Shown: positions 1-12,972 of the stretch, piece by piece
Layout of the letters: each line of letters begins with the position of its first letter
Position numbering within the stretch: the first letter of the stretch is position 1
Source of the DNA: Guillardia theta CCMP2712
Taxonomy: Eukaryota > Protista > Cryptophyta
Length of the DNA: 64,000 bases
Direction: 5' to 3'
Assembly (NCBI RefSeq): GCF_000315625.1
Contig: NW_005434500.1
Coordinates: 33,793 to 97,792 of the forward strand
The notes under the pieces: generated by a model
Told to the model about the DNA's origin: nothing
The model's database searches: none
The model's input: only the letters and a program-made list of their open reading frames with translations
Made by a program: the position numbers and the translations under genes

Positions 1-343
1 TGATTCCATCGTCCAAATGTGGATTTAATTGCAAGTTTATCGAATCCTTTCTGCCTCTCAATGCTCCTGTCTGTACAAACTATCTGCCACTCCTGACCTG
101 CTTGACGCTCGTTTGATACATCTGGAAAGTATGCTGGGAGGTTTCTGGATCCTCTTTTCAACAACTATATCATTAGATTCATTTCTCCTCATTTCTGTCA
201 TGTCTCACCATGTGTGGTGGGATATCAGTAACGTCTTACTGGATTCCTGCAAGCTGCTGTTTCAATTTTCCTGTTGCCCGTCCATATGACCTATCATCGT
301 TTGCCAGCTCAATCCTAACATCCTTCTCGCAGAAGAAGTTGAG

Positions 344-779
344 ATGAAACAGGAGACAGAGGAGACAGCTCCTGCTCCTGCTGAAGCTGGATCTGCTCCT
401 GAAAACCTCGATCAGGTCGCTACACAGTCTCCTTGCCTCCTGGTCCTCTTCCCTTTCCCTCGCTTCTGTCCTTCACCCAGCCACACCTCAAACACCGCTT
501 CTTTCTACTCTCTAACTTTCTTGCTCTCAGGCAGCGATCGCTGAGAAAGCAGCAGTCGAGGCTCAAGAGAAGATTGACGCGCAAGCTCTTCCAATCCGAA
601 CCTATCTCGATCAAACTGTAGTTCCCATCCTCCTGCAAGGGCTCTCAGAGCTTGTTCGAGCAAGGTCTGCCCCTGTTGATTGCATCTTAGCATCCTCAAA
701 TACTTCTGCCAGGCCGGACGACCCAGTCGAGTATCTTGCAGCCTACTTGATGAAACACAATCCGAAGAACAAGAAATGA
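344..779 (+). CDS. DPY30: Dpy-30 motif protein (COMPASS subunit/axonemal Dpy-30 family); exons ~344-415, 531-664, 713-779; 5' exons may lie upstream
   Basis: Splicing at GT-AG introns 416-530 and 665-712 gives ...[50 protein letters not shown], which matches the Dpy-30 motif (PxRxYLDxTVVPxLLxGL...RPxxPxEYLAxYL). Confidence 0.9.
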
Positions 780-1159
780 AATGCATCACATTGTTGACAA
801 ACTTGAGTGTGAGGTCTGCAAAATCTGGATTGCAGCACGAAAATCAGTCTACCAGCTCGTCAAAGGTTGTACATGTTCATGTCTGAGGACAGGCAAAATG
901 ATGTGTTCAAGACCACTTCCTCGATTATCGCCAACAGGGAATATTCAACAGTGGAATAAAAACAAAGGGTGATTGGCTGCAGCAACGGCTTTTTCTTTGT
1001 TTATTCGCGCTCGTTCAGACAAAAACGCAGCACCAGACACTTGGAGCTACTGTACACACGTGGACTCGAGGGGAGGTTGTGTCTGCCGCTCCTCATTCCC
1101 AGAGCCTTGAGAGCTCCTCACCATTGATAGACCATGCAGGCCACACAGCAAGCAAAAGA

Positions 1160-2280
1160 GCCTTAGTAGAAGTTGCGGGCATCCGACCGCAACTGCCATC
1201 CTCCTTTGGCTGGCTCATATCCCATGGCAGCCAGGAGCGGAGGGACCGCAAGGGCTGCATCAAGACAATGAGGGGCAACGAAGTGCAACAGGAGAATGCA
1301 GACCTTTGGTGGTGTGCGCATGCTGCACCTTGTCGTTGCTCTGGTGGTGGCACCAGAATTTGCGATCGCAGCTCATCCTGCTTCCTCCTCCCTTTCCACC
1401 CTGGTGACGATGCCATCAGACAAGAATTAAGCACAAACAACAAAGCAACTTCACCTTGAGATCCTGGAACATTATCTTCAACTTGCCCCGTCAATCTGCG
1501 CAAGAACCGGTCATGTATCATGTAATACAGATGATGAGGGCAACTCTGAATTCGATTGTAGCAAAGGTTGCATCTGACCTACACTACCACAAAGAAATCT
1601 TGGCTGAGAAGGAGTCGTATTACGCAGTTAAACTCGAACCCCCTCTCAACTCTGATACCTCCATTTGCTATATTTCAATAATCATCCAGAAAAGACAACA
1701 AGGAATGTTCAAATGATGATGGAAGAAAACATTCGCAAAAAGTATGCCAGTGATGCCATCCCATCAATGCAAGTTCGTTCTTTCACATCCTATTTGCATG
1801 AGTCCCTACTCAAGCTGAAATCGAAACATCTCTTAATTACACTCGAACATCATCTAGTTGCAGAAAACTTTGTCAGCGGCTGTGATTCTTAAGGTTTGTT
1901 CGTTCTCATCGATCGCTGCTGCACGACCTGTGCTGCTATCATCCACCCTTCTCACCCACTCCCCTGCCTATCCTAGCCTCCAAATCTCCCTCCACTCGCA
2001 ATCTCATCATATCTAAGTATCTGCTTCCCTGTCCTTCCCTGACGGGCAACCCATTCAGCTCTCATTTCACTCCCTATCACCGATATCTCGCTACTGAACC
2101 ATCAATGACGCTTCATGAACTCCTCTCGTCTTCCTCCTGTACGATGCTCACTGGACTCGCAACCCATCTGTTTTAGCATCAACCCTCTCAAACTTCATCT
2201 CCTGCGTCGTGTCCGTCCCTCTCCTCTCCGGCGCCGTCCTTCTCTCCTTCCTGCCCTCCTCGCGCGGCTGCCCCTCATGG
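1160..2280 (-). CDS. hypothetical multi-exon protein
   Basis: Coding-like minus-strand segments separated by GT-AG-bounded stretches. The last exon reads ...PLLAAMGYEPAKGGWQLRSDARNFY*. No family recognised. Confidence 0.35.
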
Positions 2281-3033
2281 TGCAACGTTCCTAGAAAAAT
2301 GCTCTAAAATGTTTTTGAAGAATGTATATATAGTTGTTGAATAAAGCACCCTGTACCACTCGTCGTATTAAAATCTTTATTAAATTAAGTTGAAATTAAA
2401 TATATTTAGTATGTACCAGAAAAGGGACCAGTGTGATAGATTGGTAATAACAGTTGGTTCGTTCCAGTACACAATTAATAATCTTTGTCTGATTCCGACA
2501 AAAACAGTTTTAAAAGTCACAAACCCTGTCGAATAAACTCGGGTGAACAGAGGGTAGGGGTACAACAGTACCCCTCATGTCTGTATGCTCTTATATGTCG
2601 GAACAAAGGGGGGGTCACATTCTCTACGGGTATTGTCCGTTACAGGATACGGGTGGGTATTGTCCGTTACAGTCAACGTCTTGTGCCGATGAAAAAGACG
2701 TTGTGTAGCCGTTACGTCCTCCTCGAATGCTGAGGCGGACTTTTCCGCTTCCGCGTCACAAATGCACCGGGATGAACGGGCTCCACCCCACCCTCTCGTT
2801 TAGGCCGAAATTAAGTGAGTAAACTATACCCCACCCAGTCTCTTGGTTCTTTTGACACCAAAGGGTAGGTACCCTCACCTTCAATTCACCATCCCTTTGT
2901 CATATTCGCACCGGTACTTGACATGGTTTTATCAGGCCAGGGCTGTGCGGGTAGGGTATATTTGTACGGAAACAAGAGGAGGCTGCAGAACTCTTCTGTG
3001 GTCGATCCTCCCCCGTCCCTCCCCCCCCCCCCG

Positions 3034-3526
3034 NNNNNNNNNNNNNNNNNNNNNNNNNNNNNNNNNNNNNNNNNNNNNNNNNNNNNNNNNNNNNNNNNNN
3101 NNNNNNNNNNNNNNNNNNNNNNNNNNNNNNNNNNNNNNNNNNNNNNNNNNNNNNNNNNNNNNNNNNNNNNNNNNNNNNNNNNNNNNNNNNNNNNNNNNNN
3201 NNNNNNNNNNNNNNNNNNNNNNNNNNNNNNNNNNNNNNNNNNNNNNNNNNNNNNNNNNNNNNNNNNNNNNNNNNNNNNNNNNNNNNNNNNNNNNNNNNNN
3301 NNNNNNNNNNNNNNNNNNNNNNNNNNNNNNNNNNNNNNNNNNNNNNNNNNNNNNNNNNNNNNNNNNNNNNNNNNNNNNNNNNNNNNNNNNNNNNNNNNNN
3401 NNNNNNNNNNNNNNNNNNNNNNNNNNNNNNNNNNNNNNNNNNNNNNNNNNNNNNNNNNNNNNNNNNNNNNNNNNNNNNNNNNNNNNNNNNNNNNNNNNNN
3501 NNNNNNNNNNNNNNNNNNNNNNNNNN
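3034..3526. other. assembly gap (N run)
   Basis: Run of N characters. Confidence 1.
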
Positions 3527-3559
3527 TATGCCTAGTTTGGGATCAGCGCTGACACAACT

Positions 3560-4106
3560 TGGGTCGAGCAAGATGCACGTCCTGGAGCATCATACAATGT
3601 CTTCATGAGATGATGGTGAGCTATCAAAGGGTTAGAATGTAGATTCACAGATTCCCTCACTTTTCCCGACCGTACCTCGTCCGGATCGTCAGTACTTCAT
3701 CAGAAGCTTGCTTAGTGCAGCTTGCATGTCCAAAGGAGAATGTCCTTCCCCATCATGATCCTCCCCCACCATGCTCCTCCCTCCCTCCCTCCCTCCCTCC
3801 CTCCCTCCCTCCCTCCCTCCCTCCCTCCCTCCCTCCCTTCCCTCACCCTCTTTCACCCTGTGAGAGGAGATGGAATACTCTGCATTGATCGCTGACATTT
3901 TCTTCAACAGTTGGCTGATATTTTTGACGATCTTGGTACCCAGAATATTATTTATGTGAGCGAAAAGAAGATGTGCTTGACTCATTCTAAACTCTCATTC
4001 AGATTGGACTTGGAGTCACAGTTGTGTCTATCATAGTTATGCTGGTTATTTTGTATCAGGATGGTGTAAGGTAAGCATCACTGGTACCTTTCATGAGCTG
4101 GCCATG
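3560..4106 (-). CDS. hypothetical multi-exon protein (partial, runs towards the gap)
   Basis: ATG near 4106, small exons, and a (CCCT)n tract at an apparent intron position. No family recognised. Confidence 0.3.
3778..3842. repeat. (CCCT)n microsatellite
   Basis: Direct reading. Confidence 0.95.
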
Positions 4107-4283
4107 GATCAGGTTGGTGAAAAGTAAGAGTATGCAAGGCGAAATGAAAATGGATGAACCAGAAACTTCTTAAGAATACACTGAATGTGAAGAGTAATGA
4201 TTCACACAGTGCCGTGAAAATCTCAATTTATTTGTTTCACGACGAGGGTTTGAATTTTGACCCCATTGCCTGCCCGCCGAGTC

Positions 4284-5418
4284 CTATTTCTTACATCGAT
4301 TCTCGCACTCCAAGAAGGGATAAGAACTGAGGTCATGCTTCACATACCTCGTTCCTCCGATGACCTGCAATGATACGTAAGGCGTGGTTGCCATCAATGT
4401 AGCCAGTAGTGAATGCAGATTACGCAATGAGGGCACCAATATGAACCTAACAGGAGGCACAGCGATCTTCACATATTCTCACCCTCTCAGGGAGTTCATC
4501 CTCAGCTTGTCCCTCCAACAGAACAACCAAATCGCATACAATCGCTTTGCATGCAGATTTGACCACCTGTTGAGTCCAAAATGCGTTACTACACCTGAGA
4601 GTATCAAGACACGGTCTACCATACCTTGACAATGGCTGAAGCAGCAAGAGAAGAATTCACATCGCATGTACACTCAATCATATCACTCGTCTGTTGGTAG
4701 TAACATGACAGCTTATTTCCTGAAGAAGACTTCAAATTTGACCCATGGAAACAAACTGAACAGGCTCAAATGTAAAGTACCTATCAGTGCCGGTACTGGT
4801 TTTCCGATAGTTTTCTTCACAACCTGCATCCATAAGAATCAATAATTCAACCATGGTGTGAAGTCAAATGATGACTACCCAGTTCGCATCCACCACTGAC
4901 GTGATAAGCTTTAATCGTTTGTTCTTGTACTCATCATTGCCGTCAAGGAACCGTTTGAAGCATGTAGCGAACGGTTTGTCGGACTCCAAAACCCCCTTCT
5001 TGAGCTCAAAGATCATCACTGTATGCATCGGCCGAAGATCAAAATGCATGACAAAAATGAAATCCTTTCTGCCAGCTGCTCTTGCCCGGTTGTAATATGA
5101 ATCGGATCTGTCCATTGAAAAGCGACAGATCTCATTGGTTGAAAACCCTGACAATTCCACGAGATCAAATGCAGATTCTTGTGAAGGGTACTTAATCTTA
5201 TCCTTCAGATAATTGCCTCCACGAACATTGAACAAGGTAGCATCGATTGCCTCGAAAGAAGTAGAGTCTAGCCCAAATTGTATTGTGTGAACAGCAGCTG
5301 GAACACCCGTGGCTTTGATTGGGATGGGGTTTGCTTTCTTCGGTTCTCCAACACCCTGCGAGTTCTTTTCATTCTGTGAATTTTCTCGTGATAAGCTCCC
5401 ATGCTCACTCCCATTCAT
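4284..5418 (-). CDS. EDR2 C-terminal (DUF1336) domain protein, multi-exon
   Basis: FNVRGGNYLKDKIKYPS...FKRFLDGNDEYKNKRLKLI...WVVKKTIG-KPVPALIG-NKL...DLVVLLEGQAEDELPER...GGTRY is the characteristic EDR2_C motif series across spliced exons. Confidence 0.88.
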
Positions 5419-7370
5419 GGTTTGGTTGTATTTGAAAGTATTCCCGGAAGTCTCGAACCAAAGTTCTGCAGATTACAAAGGATCCCTAGAAGAGACTCTC
5501 ACGGGGCAAAAGAAGACGAAGAGTCCACCCTGATCGCCTGCTCAAGCCGATAGACCTGATAGATTGAGTGTTGGATTCAAGTTTTCCAACGCTACAAGGT
5601 TCAATCAAAAGCTGGTGTTAATAATCCCGGCAGATTTCTTTGGATGCACTCATGCAAATGAAGCAAACCACAGGAATTTCAGTCTCACAAAAAGCAATCT
5701 AGAACAAGCTGAGCACCGAAGAGAACCTGGCGTATACGAACACGTCGGAGATCGATAGTAGGCCTCCGTTACACCAGGGAGGATTTTCAGCCTCGCTAGT
5801 CTCAGCACAAACCGATGGGCACCGAGGCAGGAGCGAAGCTCTCTGAGTGTTGGATGAAGAGGGGCGAAGGGAGGGGAGGAGGAGGAGGAGTGTGAGGCCC
5901 AGGAGACTGATGGCAGGAAGCCGACGGCCAAGGTTGCAGGTGATCTGGGGGGACAAGATGCGTGCGAGCAAGCTGAGTAGGGTAGGGGTACGGGTGATGG
6001 TTGTGGGGGAATGGTAGGGTGGGGGTGGATACGCAGGTGAGTCAACGATGTAGGGCTGGTCTCAGGGGGGGTAGGGGTCATCTGAATTGCCAGTACTACC
6101 CGGGTACTTTCCATCGATATTTTTGCGGGCTGGGGGAATGAGGGGATGGGGTGGGTCCTCATTTGAACACCAGCCGTGTAGGCCTTGAACACCAGTTGAC
6201 GCTGGTGCCTGGCACTCCCGTTGAATGTGGCTGTAGGAGGGGGGTGGGGTAGGGGAGGGAGGGCAAGGGCTTTCAAGCATCTAGTAGTCTTCCTGCGAAA
6301 AGAAGGAATGTTGCAAGAGTTTAGATATTTAATACCATTCGCCGGACCATATCAACTCATTTGTGTGGGAGAGTAGGCCCGGATGCGCTGCTTTTTTAAC
6401 CTTTCATCAGCCTGGAGTACCACGTAGGGGGTAGGGTGGGTCTAGGGCTAGGGTAGGGGTAGGGGTCAGGTTGGCAATGGCCGCGGGTGGCGGCCTCCTG
6501 TAGCTCATCAGTTGCCAATCTTGGGCCGTACCGGGGCCGAAGCGGAACTCAGTACGGTACTACCGTAGTACTAGGCTTTCAGTAAAAGAACTCGTTGAAG
6601 CGCTTCAAGGCGAGTCACTGCAGGCTGACTCTGAGCCTGAATAGCCAACCGTACTCGGTCTGAACGGTGTACCGCCTGGCCAGTCACGGGAGCAAGAAAG
6701 ATGTCACTGGCCATAGAGCAGTGCTCTATGTATGAGAGGACTGACAGTGAGCACCGTCACTGAGCCTTTGCTGCCAGCGGCGACACTCCTCGCGGCCGCG
6801 GCCCCGGACTGACGCCGTTCCGGCCCGGCCAGGCCTCAGGCTCCCGGAGTCCGGCGGGCCCGGCCGGGTCACTGTTGCGGCCAGACGGTGAGTGCCAGTG
6901 GTGGCTGAGAGGCTCCGATCGCCGGGCGCCGCCGGCCGGGCCGGGCAGCCCGTGAGTCCGACGGTCGGAGGCTCAGTCGGGGGCACCGTGACTGCCCCCG
7001 ACATCACCCGGCCTCGGACTCGGACTTGGCCGCTATAGGCTCGCAGGTCCAGCTGTACTACGGTAGTGGCGCGCTGGCAGCGTCGTCAGCGACGGAGCGT
7101 GCCCGGCGGCCGACCGCGAGGCTGTCGCCGCGCATACTGTGACAGCCTCTGGCAGGCCACTGATCGGATACCGTACGGTAGTATGCCGCATACCGTCTGC
7201 AGCCCGTTGAGACGGTCGTATCGTCACACGTACTCTACAGTACTGTGACCGTACTGACAGTCATCTACTGGTAATCGCCTGAACTTTGAGTAAAGCACCA
7301 GTAATCGCCCGAGAGTCTGGCTTAGCCGGCGGCGGCTGATCAGAATGATCGGACCCAGGCAATGCAAGGA

Positions 7371-7607
7371 GCCTTCGAATGATATGATGTAGAAGCCTTG
7401 GAATGATATGATGTAGAAGCCTTGGAATGATATGATGTAGAAGCCTTGGAATGATATGATGTAGAAGCCTTGGAATGATATGATGTAGAAGCCTTGGAAT
7501 GATATGATGTAGAAGCCTTGGAATGATATGATGTAGAAGCCTTCTAATGATATGATGTAGAAGCCTTCTAATGATATGATGTAGAAGCCTTCTAATGATA
7601 TGATGTA
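7371..7607. repeat. 24-bp minisatellite, ~10 copies (GCCTTGGAATGATATGATGTAGAA)
   Basis: Contiguous tandem units with no spacers. Confidence 0.95.
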
Positions 7608-7945
7608 AGGAGCACGGTCAATCCCATGAGTTCATTTCTCCTTCTCTCATTCTTGTGACCTCACGACTCGTTGAAACTTCAACTCTCCCTCTGTCTCGCC
7701 GCAGAGCCCTCGGTCGATGCGATGAGTTCACACGAGGTGTTGACAACAGTGTGACTGATCAAAGAGAGGCCTGAGAACTTGAATTCCTTCTCGAATCACC
7801 AGACAAGACCAGATTGTTGGGAATGCGAAATCGTTCATGGAGTGAGAAATCAAGTTCAAATTTCAATGTCATAACAGAGAAATAATCAGTACAGGATGAT
7901 ATGAGGTATTGCAACTCCTGCTCACAGAGCAGTCTTTTTGTATCT

Positions 7946-8668
7946 TCACAAAACCATCTGACAGACAGGAAGCAAGAGTGCTGCGATCACCAAGTAGTCA
8001 GGAACAGTCGAAACCAGCAGCCAGGGCACGCCCAGGTCAAACACAAGGGGATACAGTCCTCGGAACGTGAGCCAGACCCAACCAAGTTGAGCAGCCGACT
8101 TGACGTTGATGAAGAGAGCATGCATCCATAACGCCACGAGGAAAGCTGTAGATTGTTCGAGCATGTTTCCCACCGTGCGATCGCCGTTCAATGCCAGATA
8201 CTTGCTGCCTGCTGCGGAGTTGTACTTGACATCCATCAAGGAGGGAGGCTTAGTGTCTTTCTTACTGTCGTCCTTCATCTTCTTGTGCGCATAGAACTTG
8301 GTCCAGGACTGGTAGAAGAGGAAGGTATACAACAGCACCGCCCACCCTATGGTTACTCGAATCACAGGAGAAAGAGCTCGCAACGCATCAGTTCCCAGGA
8401 AGGAGGAGGAAGAGGAGGAGGAGGAGGAGGAGGAGGGATAGATATCTTGGATGGAGCTCGAGATCACATAGATCATCGCTACCGCCATCGCTCCGCATGA
8501 GCTCAAGGGCAGCCAACCCAACTGCATGGCGGGTCTTACGTGTGCAAGGATTGAGGCGGGCTCGAAGGACAGTTTGCTGGGTGCGTTCCTGTACGCGTAC
8601 AGCACAGGATAAGGCTCAACTGCTCCCCGCTCCCCCCACGCCGCATCCCCCCACCCGCGCAAGTACAC
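7946..8668 (-). CDS. MAPEG family membrane protein (start uncertain)
   Basis: Several TM helices. RTVGNMLEQ...FLVALW...AAQLGWVWLTFRGLYP matches the MAPEG R-x3-N-x2-E ... G-x-x-W-x3-R-x2-Y pattern. Confidence 0.75.
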   Translation of the reverse strand: MYLRGWGDAAWGERGAVEPYPVLYAYRNAPSKLSFEPASILAHVRPAMQLGWLPLSSCGAMAVAMIYVISSSIQDIYPSSSSSSSSSSSFLGTDALRALSPVIRVTIGWAVLLYTFLFYQSWTKFYAHKKMKDDSKKDTKPPSLMDVKYNSAAGSKYLALNGDRTVGNMLEQSTAFLVALWMHALFINVKSAAQLGWVWLTFRGLYPLVFDLGVPWLLVSTVPDYLVIAALLLPVCQMVL

Positions 8669-8783
8669 TCAACCTCCTCCTCCTTTTCCTCCTCCTCCTT
8701 TTCCTCCTCCTCATCCACCTTTTCTTTTCTCTTGCTGCCTCCTGTCCTACTCGAGCTGCTGCTGCTCCAGCCTCCGTTCAAGA

Positions 8784-10232
8784 ATGGGAAAACAAGGTGA
8801 ACTTAAAGCAGCACTGACTAGCTTTGAAAGCCCAATAGAGATTCAAATTCTGGAACAATCCAAACCAACTTCTAGGAAACAAGTCAAGCTCTCCAATTAT
8901 GCTGTCAAGGAAATCGAGCGCATGGCTGAAGAGCAAAATCTCAAAGAGATATTAGACCATTTGAGGTGTCATCGCAAGATGAGGATCCAGTCCGGCCAAC
9001 ATAAGTCAATGGCTATCGAGATTGATGCTAGCGTGACTTTCCGATTCATAGCAGGTTTGTTCGACATTCGGTGTCCCTACTTCGCCCCGCAGGTTATCAT
9101 AGTCTTGAATCTAATTCATTTGACATCTTCGTAGATCATCTACTTACAGCATGAGCGACATCGATTAAGAAGCCAGACAGCGTCAGAGGCACCTTGCTTT
9201 ACATTGTGGTTTTGGAACACTCATTTTGTGAACGACTACTACTATGCGAACAGTCGATGGAACAGAATCGAGGAGACGTACATTCAAGTGAATTTCATTG
9301 ACGGACCTCTCGTTCCCAAAGACTTCCTTGAACCAAGATGCTACTTTCACAGTCTAGATGGCAAAAATCAAAGAAGGAATGATCACAAACTCCAGCCTCT
9401 TTCTACCAAGTCCAACAAGACCTTGCCAGATCAAGTCTCCGTCGTGTTTGAGCCGCCAGACACACTGATCGTGAAAGCAAAAGATCGAGCCACAGTACAA
9501 GGCGGACGACAGCGAGCGCACATCTCATCCTACTCGCTCATAGCTAAGCGCATCACGCGAACCGTGAAACCCAAGTTGGAAGGAGCAGCAGTGACGTGCC
9601 AACTTTCAGCCTTGCGGGAGCTCATCGGCTGCATCTACGTCTGTCTTGGTGGAGATGATGATGAGAAAACTAATGCAGTTGACGGGAACAAGTTGAGATT
9701 CATCAACAGGATCCGCCAAATCTCCTGTGTGTCAAACTGTCTGCAACCAATCCTGACAGAGGTGACTTGGATTCTTCAGCAATATTTCAACAAGATACCT
9801 CAGATCACATGTTCGATGCTGCCTAAAGAAATGAGAGTGTACAATGTCACGTTGAAGAACTCTGAGAACATTGAAGAACACTTTGACTTTGTTGCAGCTC
9901 TGAAGGAATCCGAACGAGGTGGCAAGTTCGACTTGAACAAGTTCGTCTTCTTTCTGGCACGGCATATGTTTCTCTTTGGACTATCCGATGGAGAACAAAC
10001 GCAATGGAATCTAAAAAAGATCAGTGAAAACTGTCAAGCGATTGTGACGCTATTCGAATACAAGGTAAAAGAGAAATATCAAGATCGTCCGAAGCTTGTA
10101 GCGGTAGCACAAAACTTCAAGACGAATCATCAAGCCAAACTGCAAGACGAGGTAATGTATGCATTTACTTCGATATTCACTGATCCAAAGCTTTTCTCAG
10201 GAAACATTAATGAAGATTTTGGATTCAATTGA
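8784..10232 (+). CDS. hypothetical protein, two exons (8784-9092, 9135-10232)
   Basis: A 42-nt GT-AG intron (9093-9134) joins ORF 8784 in frame to the long ORF ending at 10232. No family recognised. Confidence 0.65.
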
Positions 10233-10499
10233 ACAATTGAATGAAGAAAAGAAGTCGTTCTTCGATGAGAACAAAGAAATATCTAAATTCTGGTCTCAAA
10301 CCATCAAGATGCCTTTCAACGTGGCATTGGAACCGCAACAAGGCAAATATCCGCCCGTCCAAGACTTTCACCACCATCTTCATGTAAGTCGATCCAAACC
10401 TTTGAGCAGTTCCGCCCTTCGCCCTCCCTCCCTCCCTCCCCCCGATCGCCCAATCCCATTCCCTTGCCTCCATCTCATACAGCTCGCGAGTTGACGATA

Positions 10500-12165
10500 T
10501 GTATTGTCTGCAGGGGCTCATGAATGAGATCGAGGAGGTGCGGCGGTTACTGGGGCAGGCGACGATCGACCAGGTGTCAATCGCCTGTCAGACTGATTGA
10601 CCACTTGAGCTCCCAGCCCTACCATCTGCTTCAAAGCTGATTTTGACTTGCTGGATCATTAACAAATCAGCACTTGCCCCTCCTTCGACTCCTGCGCGCT
10701 GATGCAAATTCCCCCCAACCCCTTCCCCCTCCTCTTCCCCTCTTTGAGACTCAGGATACATGTATCTCCCCGCCTGCTATCAGTCAACGTCGAATGTACG
10801 CACAGATTTGCTGTCCCGTCGGGCCGCTAAGAACATGGCGAGCTGAGAAATCTTCAACGTACGGTCGTGGCGAGGCGGAGAAGGAATTTACAGCTGGAGT
10901 TGGCTTTTACTCCGTTGACCATACACGTACACACGACTTTGACCCAACCCTCACGCTACCAGATTGCCCGGCTGATCTTCGAACTCAGTGATCCCTCCAT
11001 AACCTGCCCACACATGCCGTCAGACGAGTCGAGCTCGTGATGGAGTCGCTCACCGCCAGGATCGAGAGGACCAGCATTGTGAGTCCACCTGTAGAGGGTT
11101 TGAGGAGCCGACAGCGAGGAGGGAGCAGTTCTTACCATGATGTGCAGGAGGAGTGATCGTACTCCCACGAGTTGAGCAGCGGGCAGTGGCATGTCGTCGC
11201 TCCCATGCCTGCTCGCGTTGTTACAACAGAGCAGAGAGATCGGAGGGGAGGTGAAGTCACCATTGCTGCCGCTGGTGTAGCACTGGCACGTGTTGCAGCA
11301 GTAGTAGTTGCAACTGCAGGAGGGAAGAGGAAGAGGAAGAGGGAGGGAGGAGAGGAGGAGGAGAGGAAAAAAGTAGGATTACGATAGGGAAACTGATCAA
11401 TGCTGGTCTCACCAGCCATAACATCCCCTATCCATCAACGTGAGCGCTCCCCAGGCACTTCCGCACGAGCATTCCTACAGGAGGTGTCAGGGCGGCGAGG
11501 TCGCCACCAGCCACTTACCAGGTAGCGCTCGCCCTCGTCGATGCTGCAGTCACAACCATCCTACAAGCACGGTTATCGCACACCGGCGCTGCTTCTGCGA
11601 GCACCTGTGAGGGGTCGTAGGACTCGATTTCCTGGTGCCACCCTGACGTCTGATCGTATCCGAAGGGATACCCGTAGTGAGGATGGTTCTCTCCCTCTGA
11701 CAATGATTGTCCGTGTCGCCTGCACCCCCTCAGCTGCACCCCAGCTGTCCGGACGGAACTCACAGGTGTTGCACGAGGTGGCGGGCCAGCATGGAGTACA
11801 TGGCTGGCGATTTCTTGGCGTACACGATATGGTCGAGCGTCTTCTCGAGCCGCTTCAAGCTCTCAGTCTTCACTCCCCTCGGCGCTCGCAGGTTCCGATA
11901 CGACGCCTTGTCCTCGGCTGTCAGTCTACCCGTCAGCATCGGTGAATCACGACGTCAAGTCCTACGGTGAAACTGCGGGCGAACTTGCTTAAGCATGACG
12001 GACTTTTCTGTCGCTCCCGTTCGACTTGTTACGGTGCGCATAAGAAGAACTGTAGCGGGTCAGGCACATTCATTCCACCTCCATGCAGCTGCTCACCTGC
12101 CATGATCAGCCCCAGGGCTGCGACACACAATGCTGCTACCCCAGACGCTGAAGATCTCGTCATGA
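10500..12165 (-). CDS. hypothetical secreted/membrane-anchored multi-exon protein
   Basis: Hydrophobic N-terminus (MTRSSASGVAALCVAALGLIMA) followed by several coding-like exons. Limits approximate. Confidence 0.4.
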
Positions 12166-12413
12166 GAACATGTCCAAGGCGAGGAGAAAGAATCAGGAGA
12201 GAGGGCAACATCAGGACATGCATACAACATCCAAATACAGCAGTCAACCACAAGGCTAATAGAGTAGCGCTCAGGAGGGAGAGGAGAATAGTGGAAATGA
12301 AGGAGAGAAAGCGCGGGGAGGCAGCAGGAAAGAGAGGAGAGAGACATCAGACAGCAACCAACAAACAGGAGACAGGAGATAAGAGATAACATACAGGGAG
12401 GGGAAGGCGACAT

Positions 12414-12692
12414 GGAGCGGAAGGAGACAGGGAGCGGAAGGAGACAGGGAGCGGAAGGAGACAGGGAGCGGAAGGAGACAGGGAGCGGAAGGAGACAGGG
12501 AGCGGAAGGAGACAGGGAGCGGAAGGAGACAGGGAGCGGAAGGAGACAGGGAGCGGAAGGAGACAGGGAGCGGAAGGAGACAGGGAGCGAAAGGAGACAG
12601 GGAGCGGAAGGAGACAGGGAGCGGAAGGAGACAGGGAGCGGAAGGAGACAGGGAGCGGAAGGAGACAGGGAGCAGGGAGACAGGGAGCAGGG
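12414..12692. repeat. 17-bp purine-rich minisatellite, ~16 copies (AAGGAGACAGGGAGCGG)
   Basis: Tandem units. This explains the 17-aa periodic ORFs in the track. Confidence 0.95.
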
Positions 12693-12972
12693 AGAGGCTT
12701 CATGGCATCGATACCCTTCATGGCGTTGCGAGGAGTCAAAGCCCTCATCCCCTCACATTTGACATCAATTGATGTAACGGTCAATGTAACCGCTACTTTC
12801 CATCCCCGCGCTGACCCATCAGTCCGAGTCAAACATCAGTGCTGGTCAAACTCAGTGGTCAAACTCTACAATCGGCGCCACTGTTTCATGGCGGACGTTT
12901 CCTCAGCTCGGACATGGCGGCGCTGCCGTCAAGAGGAGTCGCACATGCCACTTGTCATGAGCTTCTAAGGGG

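Noticed and set aside
2843-3571. Long ORFs spanning the first gap
   Set aside because: Artefacts of translating N runs.
7371-7607. CRISPR array (also considered for 12414-12692, 44076-44392 and 59723-60082)
   Set aside because: Units are contiguous with no unique spacers, no cas genes are present, and the context is eukaryotic.
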